Shown piece after piece: positions 31,527-41,955 of a stretch of 41,955 nt of DNA (position 1 is the stretch's first letter; each line of letters begins with the position of its first letter). Position numbers and translations under genes: made by a program. The notes under the pieces are model-generated. The model searched no databases. It was not told the DNA's origin and was given only the letters and a program-made list of their open reading frames with translations. The stretch lies in the UHGV virus genome UHGV-0070165. One strand, written 5' to 3'. The DNA is from a virus.

Positions 31527-34080
31527 ACCGGTAGGCGATCTGGTCGTTGATTTGAGTCTGGATGCGGCCAGATTTGACGAGCAGATGGCCAGAGTCAGGC
31601 GTCATTTTTCCGGTACGGAAAGTGATGCGAAAAAAACAGCGGCAGTCGTTGAACAGTCGCTGAGCCGACAGGCGCTGGCTGCACAGAAAGCGGGGATTTC
31701 CGTCGGGCAGTACAAAGCCGCCATGCGTATGCTGCCTGCACAGTTCACCGACGTGGCCACGCAGCTTGCAGGCGGGCAAAGTCCGTGGCTGATCCTGCTG
31801 CAACAGGGTGGTCAGGTTAAGGACTCCTTCGGCGGGATGATCCCCATGTTCAGGGGGCTTGCCGGTGCGTTCACCCTGCCGATGGTGGGGGCCACCTCGC
31901 TGGCGGTAGCGACCGGTGCGCTGGCGTATGCCTGGTATCAGGGCAACTCAACCCTGTCCGATTTCAACAAAACGCTGGTCCTTTCCGGTCATCAGTCGGG
32001 TCTGACGGCAGATCGTATGCTGGTCCTGTCCAGAGCCGGGCAGGCGGCAGGGCTGACGTTTAACCAGACCAGCGAGTCACTCAGCGCACTGGTTAAGGCG
32101 GGGGTAAGCGGTGAGGCTCAGATTGCGTCCATCAGCCAGAGTGTGGCGCGTTTCTCCTCTGCATCCGGCGTGGAGGTGGACAAGGTCGCTGAAGCCTTCG
32201 GGAAGCTGACCACAGACCCGACGTCAGGGCTGACAGCGATGGCGCGCCAGTTCCATAACGTGACGGCGGAGCAGATTGCATATGTTGCTCAGTTGCAGCG
32301 TTCCGGCGATGAAGCCGGGGCATTGCAGGCGGCGAACGAAGCCGCAACGAAAGGGTTTGATGACCAGACCCGCCGCCTGAAAGAGAACATGGGCACGCTG
32401 GAGACCTGGGCAGACAGGACAGCGCGGGCATTCAAATCCATGTGGGATGCGGTGCTGGATATTGGTCGTCCTGATACCGCGCAGGAGATGCTGATTAAGG
32501 CAGAGGCTGCGTTTAAGAAAGCAGACGACATCTGGAATCTGCGCAAGGATGATTATTTTGTTAACGATGAAACGCGGGCGCGTTACTGGGATGATCGTGA
32601 AAAGGCCCGTCTTGCGCTTGAAGCCGCCCGAAAGAAGGCTGAGCAGCAGACTCAACAGGACAAAAATGCGCAGCAGCAGAGCGATACCGAAGCGTCACGG
32701 CTGAAATATACCGAAGAGGCGCAGAAGGCTTACGAACGGCTGCAGACGCCGCTGGAGAAATATACCGCCCGTCAGGAAGAACTGAACAAGGCACTGAAAG
32801 ACGGGAAAATCCTGCAGGCGGATTACAACACGCTGATGGCGGCGGCGAAAAAGGATTATGAAGCGACGCTGAAAAAGCCGAAACAGTCCGGCGTGAAGGT
32901 GTCTGCGGGCGATCGTCAGGAAGACAGTGCTCATGCTGCCCTGCTGACGCTTCAGGCAGAACTCCGGACGCTGGAGAAGCATGCCGGAGCGAATGAGAAA
33001 ATCAGCCAGCAGCGCCGGGATTTGTGGAAGGCGGAGAGTCAGTTCGCGGTACTGGAGGAGGCGGCGCAACGTCGCCAGCTGTCTGCACAGGAGAAATCCC
33101 TGCTGGCGCATAAAGATGAGACGCTGGAGTACAAACGCCAGCTGGCTGCACTTGGCGACAAGGTTACGTATCAGGAGCGCCTGAACGCGCTGGCGCAGCA
33201 GGCGGATAAATTCGCACAGCAGCAACGGGCAAAACGGGCCGCCATTGATGCGAAAAGCCGGGGGCTGACTGACCGGCAGGCAGAACGGGAAGCCACGGAA
33301 CAGCGCCTGAAGGAACAGTATGGCGATAATCCGCTGGCGCTGAATAACGTCATGTCAGAGCAGAAAAAGACCTGGGCGGCTGAAGACCAGCTTCGCGGGA
33401 GCTGGATGGCAGGCCTGAAGTCCGGCTGGAGTGAGTGGGAAGAGAGCGCCACGGACAGTATGTCGCAGGTTAAAAGTGCAGCCACGCAGACCTTTGATGG
33501 TATTGCACAGAATATGGCGGCGATGCTGACCGGCAGTGAGCAGAACTGGCGCAGCTTCACCCGTTCCGTGCTGTCCATGATGACAGAAATTCTGCTTAAG
33601 CAGGCAATGGTGGGGATTGTCGGGAGTATCGGCAGCGCCATTGGCGGTGCTGCCAGTGGTGGAGCATCCGCGTCAGGCGGTACAGCCATTCAGGCCGCTG
33701 CGGCGAAATTCCATTTTGCGACCGGGGGATTTACGGGAACCGGCGGCAAATATGAGCCAGCGGGGATTGTTCACCGTGGTGAATTTGTCTTCACGAAGGA
33801 GGCAACCAGCCGGATTGGTGTCGGCAACCTGTACCGCCTGATGCGGGGCTATGCGGAAGGTGGTTATGTGGGCGGTGCCGGAAGTCCGGCGCAGATGCGG
33901 CGGGCTGAAGGCATTAATTTTAATCAGAACAATCACGTGGTGATTCAGAACGACGGTACGAATGGTCTGCCAGGTCCACAGATGATGAAGGCAGTGTATG
34001 ACATGGCCCGCAAGGGTGCCCGTGATGAAATTCAGACACAGATGCGTGATGGTGGCCTGTTCTCCGGAGGTGGACGATGA
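31519..34080 (+). CDS. H: Tail tape measure protein H
   Basis: 853 aa; Ala/Gln-rich coiled-coil character; recognised as lambda gpH. Confidence 0.95.
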   Translation: MAEPVGDLVVDLSLDAARFDEQMARVRRHFSGTESDAKKTAAVVEQSLSRQALAAQKAGISVGQYKAAMRMLPAQFTDVATQLAGGQSPWLILLQQGGQVKDSFGGMIPMFRGLAGAFTLPMVGATSLAVATGALAYAWYQGNSTLSDFNKTLVLSGHQSGLTADRMLVLSRAGQAAGLTFNQTSESLSALVKAGVSGEAQIASISQSVARFSSASGVEVDKVAEAFGKLTTDPTSGLTAMARQFHNVTAEQIAYVAQLQRSGDEAGALQAANEAATKGFDDQTRRLKENMGTLETWADRTARAFKSMWDAVLDIGRPDTAQEMLIKAEAAFKKADDIWNLRKDDYFVNDETRARYWDDREKARLALEAARKKAEQQTQQDKNAQQQSDTEASRLKYTEEAQKAYERLQTPLEKYTARQEELNKALKDGKILQADYNTLMAAAKKDYEATLKKPKQSGVKVSAGDRQEDSAHAALLTLQAELRTLEKHAGANEKISQQRRDLWKAESQFAVLEEAAQRRQLSAQEKSLLAHKDETLEYKRQLAALGDKVTYQERLNALAQQADKFAQQQRAKRAAIDAKSRGLTDRQAEREATEQRLKEQYGDNPLALNNVMSEQKKTWAAEDQLRGSWMAGLKSGWSEWEESATDSMSQVKSAATQTFDGIAQNMAAMLTGSEQNWRSFTRSVLSMMTEILLKQAMVGIVGSIGSAIGGAASGGASASGGTAIQAAAAKFHFATGGFTGTGGKYEPAGIVHRGEFVFTKEATSRIGVGNLYRLMRGYAEGGYVGGAGSPAQMRRAEGINFNQNNHVVIQNDGTNGLPGPQMMKAVYDMARKGARDEIQTQMRDGGLFSGGGR

Positions 34081-34406
34081 AAACCTTCCGCTGGAAAGTG
34101 AAACCCGGTATGGATGTGGCTTCGGCCCCTTCTGTAAGAAAGGTGCGCTTTGGTGATGGCTATTCCCAGCGAGCGCCTGCCGGGCTGAATGCCAACCTGA
34201 AAACGTACAGCGTGACGCTTTCTGTCCCCCGTGAGGAGGCCACGGTACTGGAGTCGTTTCTGGAAGAGCACGGGGGCTGGAAAGCCTTTCTGTGGACGCC
34301 GCCTTATGAGTGGCGGCAGATAAAGGTGACCTGCGCAAAATGGTCGTCGCGGGTCAGTATGCTGCGTGTTGAGTTCAGCGCAGAGTTTGAACAGGTGGTG
34401 AACTGA
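34077..34406 (+). CDS. M: Tail tip protein M
   Basis: 109 aa; recognised as lambda gpM. Confidence 0.9.
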   Translation: MKTFRWKVKPGMDVASAPSVRKVRFGDGYSQRAPAGLNANLKTYSVTLSVPREEATVLESFLEEHGGWKAFLWTPPYEWRQIKVTCAKWSSRVSMLRVEFSAEFEQVVN

Positions 34407-35104
34407 TGCAGGATATCCGGCAGGAAACACTGAATGAATGCACCCGTGCGGAGCAGTCGGCCAGCGTGGTGCTCTGGGAAATCGACCTGACAGAGGTCGG
34501 TGGAGAACGTTATTTTTTCTGTAATGAGCTGAACGAAAAAGGTGAGCCGGTCACCTGGCAGGGGCGACAGTATCAGCCGTATCCCATTCAGGGGAGTGGT
34601 TTTGAACTGAATGGCAAAGGCACCAGTACGCGCCCCACGCTGACGGTTTCTAACCTGTACGGTATGGTCACCGGGATGGCGGAAGATCTGCAGAGTCTGG
34701 TCGGCGGAACGGTGGTCCGGCGTAAGGTTTACGCCCGTTTTCTGGATGCGGTGAACTTCGTCAACGGAAACAGTGACGCCGATCCGGAGCAGGAGGTGAT
34801 CAGCCGCTGGCGCATCGAGCAGTGCAGCGAACTGAGCGCGGTGAGTGCCTCCTTTGTACTGTCCACGCCGACGGAAACAGATGGCGCTGTTTTTCCGGGA
34901 CGTATCATGCTGGCCAACACCTGCACCTGGACCTATCGCGGCGATGAGTGCGGTTATCACGGTCCGGCGGTCGCGGATGAATATGACCAGACAACGTCCG
35001 ATATCACGAAGGATAAATGCAGCAAATGCCTGAGTGGCTGTAAGTTTCGCAATAACGTCGGCAACTTTGGCGGCTTCCTTTCCATTAACAAACTTTCGCA
35101 GTAA
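34406..35104 (+). CDS. L: Tail tip protein L
   Basis: 232 aa; recognised as lambda gpL. Confidence 0.9.
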   Translation: MQDIRQETLNECTRAEQSASVVLWEIDLTEVGGERYFFCNELNEKGEPVTWQGRQYQPYPIQGSGFELNGKGTSTRPTLTVSNLYGMVTGMAEDLQSLVGGTVVRRKVYARFLDAVNFVNGNSDADPEQEVISRWRIEQCSELSAVSASFVLSTPTETDGAVFPGRIMLANTCTWTYRGDECGYHGPAVADEYDQTTSDITKDKCSKCLSGCKFRNNVGNFGGFLSINKLSQ

Positions 35105-35109
35105 ATCCC

Positions 35110-35853
35110 ATGACACAGACAGAATCAGCGATTCTGGCGCACGCCCGGCGATGTGCGCCAGCGGAGTCGTGCGGCTTCGTGGTAAGCACGCCGGAGGGGG
35201 AAAGATATTTCCCCTGCGTGAATATCTCCGGTGAGCCGGAGGCGTATTTCCGTATGTCGCCGGAGGACTGGCTGCAGGCAGAAATGCAGGGTGAGATTGT
35301 GGCGCTGGTCCACAGCCACCCCGGTGGTCTGCCCTGGCTGAGTGAGACTGACCGGCGGCTGCAGGTGCAGAGTGATTTGCCGTGGTGGCTGGTCTGCCGG
35401 GGGGCGATTCATAAGTTCCGCTGTGTGCCGCATCTCACCGGACGGCGCTTTGAGCACGGGGTGACGGACTGTTACACGCTGTTCCGGGATGCTTATCATC
35501 TGGCGGGGATTGAGATGCCGGATTTTCATCGCGAGGATGACTGGTGGCGTCACGGTCAGAATCTCTATCTGGATAATCTGGAGGCCACAGGGCTGTATCA
35601 GGTGCCGTTGTCATCAGCACAACCGGGCGATGTGCTGCTGTGCTGTTTTGGTTCATCGGTGCCGAATCATGCCGCCATTTACTGTGGTGATGGCGAGCTG
35701 CTGCACCATATTCCTGAACAACTGAGCAAACGAGAGAGGTATACCGACAAATGGCAGCGACGCATACACTCCCTCTGGCGTCACCGGGCATGGCGCGCAT
35801 CTGCCTTTACGGGGATTTGCAACGATTTGGCCGCCGCATCGACCTTCGTGTGA
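35110..35853 (+). CDS. K: Tail tip assembly protein K
   Basis: 247 aa ORF; recognised as lambda gpK-like. Confidence 0.85.
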   Translation: MTQTESAILAHARRCAPAESCGFVVSTPEGERYFPCVNISGEPEAYFRMSPEDWLQAEMQGEIVALVHSHPGGLPWLSETDRRLQVQSDLPWWLVCRGAIHKFRCVPHLTGRRFEHGVTDCYTLFRDAYHLAGIEMPDFHREDDWWRHGQNLYLDNLEATGLYQVPLSSAQPGDVLLCCFGSSVPNHAAIYCGDGELLHHIPEQLSKRERYTDKWQRRIHSLWRHRAWRASAFTGICNDLAAASTFV

Positions 35854-36422
35854 AAACGGGGGCTGAAGCCATCCGCGCACTGGCCACACAGCTCCCGGCG
35901 TTTCGTCAGAAACTGAGCGACGGCTGGTATCAGGTACGGATTGCCGGGCGGGACGTCAGCACGTCCGGGTTAACGGCGCAGTTACATGAGACTCTGCCTG
36001 ATGGCGCTGTGATTCATATTGTTCCCAGAGTCGCCGGGGCCAAGTCAGGTGGCGTATTCCAGATTGTCCTGGGAGCAGCCGCCATTGCCGGATCATTCTT
36101 TACTGCCGGAGCCACCCTTGCAGCGTGGGGGGAAGCCATTGGGGCCGGTGGTATGACCGGCATCCTGTTTTCTCTCGGTGCCAGTATGGTGCTCGGTGGT
36201 GTGGCCCAGATGCTGGCACCGAAAGCCAGAACTCCCCGTACACAGACAACGGATAACGGCAAACAAAACACCTATTTCTCCTCACTGGATAACATGGTTG
36301 CCCAGGGCAATGTTCTGCCCGTTCTGTACGGTGAAATGCGCGTGGGATCACGTGTGGTTTCTCAGGAGATCAGCACGGCAGACGAAGGGGACGGTGGTCA
36401 GGTTGTGGTGATTGGTCGCTGA
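35751..36422 (+). CDS. I: Tail tip assembly protein I
   Basis: 223 aa; recognised as lambda gpI; overlaps the K 3' end. Confidence 0.85.
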   Translation: MAATHTLPLASPGMARICLYGDLQRFGRRIDLRVKTGAEAIRALATQLPAFRQKLSDGWYQVRIAGRDVSTSGLTAQLHETLPDGAVIHIVPRVAGAKSGGVFQIVLGAAAIAGSFFTAGATLAAWGEAIGAGGMTGILFSLGASMVLGGVAQMLAPKARTPRTQTTDNGKQNTYFSSLDNMVAQGNVLPVLYGEMRVGSRVVSQEISTADEGDGGQVVVIGR

Positions 36423-36478
36423 TGAAAAACGTTTATGTGAAACCGCCTCCGGGCGGTTTTGTCGTTTATGGAGCGTGA

Positions 36479-39880
<3,402 letters not shown>

Positions 39881-39897
39881 ATTTTATAACCCAGAAC

Positions 39898-39925
39898 GGG
39901 CGTCAGAAATGACGCCTTTTTTATT
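39898..39925 (+). terminator. Rho-independent terminator after J
   Basis: Hairpin GGCGTCA-GAAA-TGACGCC followed by TTTTTTATT. Confidence 0.7.
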
Positions 39926-39946
39926 GCAGAAAAGCGAGAGGTAATT

Positions 39947-40546
39947 ATGCGTAAACTTTATGCCGCCATTTTGTCCGCAGCCATTTGTCTGGCCGTATCC
40001 GGTGCGCCTGCATGGGCGTCTGAACATCAGTCCACGCTGAGCGCGGGGTATCTTCATGCCCGGACGAACGTTCCCGGCAGTGATGATCTGAACGGGATTA
40101 ACGTGAAATACCGTTATGAGTTTACGGACACACTGGGGATGGTGACGTCGTTCAGCTATGCAGGAGACAAGAATCGCCAGCTGACCCGTTACAGCGATAC
40201 CCGCTGGTATGAAGATTCCGTGCGTAACCGCTGGTTCAGCGTGATGGCGGGGCCGTCTGTACGCGTGAATGAATGGTTCAGCGCGTATGCGATGGCGGGT
40301 GTGGCTTACAGCCGTGTGTCGACTTTTTCCGGGGATTATATCCGCGTAACTGACAATAAGGGGAAAACGCACGATGTGCTGACCGGAAGTGATGACGGTC
40401 GCCACAGCAACACGTCTCTGGTGTGGGGGGCTGGCGTGCAGTTTAACCCGACCGAATCCGTGGCCATTGATGTCGCTTATGAAGGCTCCGGCAGTGGTGA
40501 CTGGCGCACTGACGGGTTCATCGTGGGTGTTGGTTATAAATTCTGA
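39947..40546 (+). CDS. lom: Outer-membrane beta-barrel protein Lom (Ail/Lom family)
   Basis: 199 aa; signal peptide; C-terminal YKF; recognised as lambda Lom. Confidence 0.9.
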   Translation: MRKLYAAILSAAICLAVSGAPAWASEHQSTLSAGYLHARTNVPGSDDLNGINVKYRYEFTDTLGMVTSFSYAGDKNRQLTRYSDTRWYEDSVRNRWFSVMAGPSVRVNEWFSAYAMAGVAYSRVSTFSGDYIRVTDNKGKTHDVLTGSDDGRHSNTSLVWGAGVQFNPTESVAIDVAYEGSGSGDWRTDGFIVGVGYKF

Positions 40547-40572
40547 TTAGCCAGGTAACACAGTGTTATGAC

Positions 40573-40600
40573 AGCCCGCCGGTTCAGGCGGGCTTTTTTG
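40573..40600 (+). terminator. Rho-independent terminator after lom
   Basis: Hairpin AGCCCGCC-GGTTCA-GGCGGGCT followed by TTTTTTG. Confidence 0.7.
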
Positions 40601-40610
40601 TGGGGTGAAT

Positions 40611-41955
40611 ATGGCAGTAAAGATTTCAGGTGTACTGAAAGACGGCACAGGAAAACCGGTACAGAACTGCACAATCCAGCTGAAAGCAAAACGTAACAGT
40701 ACCACGGTGGTGGTAAACACGCTGGCCTCAGAAAATCCGGATGAAGCCGGGCGTTACAGCATGGACGTTGAGTACGGTCAGTACAGCGTTATTCTGTTGG
40801 TGGAAGGATTCCCGCCGTCACATGCCGGGACCATCACCGTGTATGAAGATTCTCAACCCGGTACGCTGAATGATTTTCTCGGTGCCATGACGGAGGATGA
40901 TGCCCGTCCGGAGGCTCTGCGCCGTTTTGAACTGATGGTGGAAGAGGTGGTGCGTAACGCGTCCGCGGTGGCACAGAACACGGCAGCCGCGAAGAAGTCA
41001 GCCGGCGATGCCGGCACATCTGCCCGTGAGGCGGCAACCCATGCGACTGATGCTGCAGGCTCAGCACGCGCAGCCAGCACGTCAGCAGGACAGGCCGCGT
41101 CGTCGGCTCAGTCAGCGTCTTCCAGCGCAGGAACGGCATCAACAAAGGCCACTGAAGCGGAAAAAAGTGCTGCCGCTGCAGAGTCCTCAAAAAGCGCGGC
41201 GGCCACCAGTGCCGGTGCGGCGAAAAAGTCAGAAACGAATGCGGCAGCGTCACAACAATCAGCAGCCACTTCTGCATCCACCGCGACCACGAAAGCGTCA
41301 GAAGCTGCCACCTCAGCCCGGGATGCGGCGGCCTCAAAAGAGGCAGCGAAATCATCAGAAACGAACGCATCCTCGAGCGCCAGTAGCGCAGCTTCCTCGG
41401 CAACGGCGGCAGGAAATTCCGCGAAGGCGGCAAAAACGTCCGAGACGAACGCCAGGTCTTCTGAGACGGCAGCGGGACAGAGCGCCTCAGCTGCGGCAGG
41501 CTCAAAAACAGCGGCTGCGTCGTCTGCCAGTGCCGCGTCAACAAGTGCCGGGCAGGCCTCAGCCAGTGCCACCGCCGCCGGAAAATCGGCAGAAAGTGCC
41601 GCATCGTCTGCTTCAACAGCCACAACGAAGGCTGGCGAAGCCACTGAACAGGCCAGCGCAGCAGCGAGGTCAGCTTCCGCAGCGAAGACATCCGAAACGA
41701 ACGCGAAAGCGTCGGAAACCAGCGCAGAATCCTCAAAAACGGCTGGCGCAACGGCCGCCCGTTCTGCGGGGGCGCCGTCACAACACCGCTGTTTTTCATC
41801 GTCCGCCAGTTCGGCGGCGTCATCGGCCTCATCGGCGTCTGCTTCAAAAGATGAGGCGACCAGACAGGCATCAGCAGCGAAAGGCAGCGCCACGACGGCA
41901 TCCACGAAAGCAACAGAGGCGGCAGGCAGTGCGACGGCAGCATCTCAGAGCAAAA
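40611..41955 (+). CDS. stf: Side tail fiber Stf, N-terminal part only (ORF continues past the window end)
   Basis: Hand translation MAVKISGVLKDGTGKPVQNCTIQLKAKRNSTTVVVNT... recognised as the lambda Stf N-terminus, followed by an Ala/Ser-rich repeat region; absent from the ORF track because no stop codon falls in the window. Confidence 0.8.
   Translation, partial: MAVKISGVLKDGTGKPVQNCTIQLKAKRNSTTVVVNTLASENPDEAGRYSMDVEYGQYSVILLVEGFPPSHAGTITVYEDSQPGTLNDFLGAMTEDDARPEALRRFELMVEEVVRNASAVAQNTAAAKKSAGDAGTSAREAATHATDAAGSARAASTSAGQAASSAQSASSSAGTASTKATEAEKSAAAAESSKSAAATSAGAAKKSETNAAASQQSAATSASTATTKASEAATSARDAAASKEAAKSSETNASSSASSAASSATAAGNSAKAAKTSETNARSSETAAGQSASAAAGSKTAAASSASAASTSAGQASASATAAGKSAESAASSASTATTKAGEATEQASAAARSASAAKTSETNAKASETSAESSKTAGATAARSAGAPSQHRCFSSSASSAASSASSASASKDEATRQASAAKGSATTASTKATEAAGSATAASQSK

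Noticed and set aside
34304-35116. 270 aa minus-strand ORF spanning M and L
   Set aside because: Antisense to conserved tail tip genes; no support.
40834-41943. Long minus-strand ORFs (369 aa and 265 aa) rich in Pro/Leu/Ala
   Set aside because: They are antisense to the stf Ala/Ser-rich repeat region; GC-rich repetitive coding sequence commonly yields spurious antisense ORFs.

Overview
The window is almost entirely one lambdoid prophage integrated at a tRNA-Arg (argU-type) gene, the site used by E. coli DLP12. It is a mosaic of lambda-like and DLP12-like modules. Left to right: tRNA 3' end and attL (1-49); integrase and excisionase; a leftward early operon with small accessory genes and lambda-like exo, bet and gam; an immunity region with leftward and rightward promoters sharing operator palindromes, a lipoprotein gene, a LexA-type CI repressor, Cro and a YdaT-like protein in the cII slot; lambda-like O (with internal ori iterons), P and ren; an AT-rich cargo island (emrE, large serine recombinase ybcK, ybcL, AraC-type ybcM); a nin region (ninB, ninE, ybcO, rusA, ylcG); the late antiterminator gene quuD, interrupted by an in-frame TAG; a convergent nmpC-type porin gene; a phage-21-type lysis cassette; a post-lysis accessory region (T5orf172 protein, RHH protein plus an unknown protein); cos; and a complete lambda-like head and tail gene set (nu1 through J), lom and the start of stf, which runs off the window end. 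Protein names come from recalled similarity to lambda and DLP12 proteins, not from a database search. The most notable observations are the amber codon in Q, the apparent absence of an N gene together with a structured leftward-promoter leader and an rrn-type boxA, and several accessory modules of unknown function.
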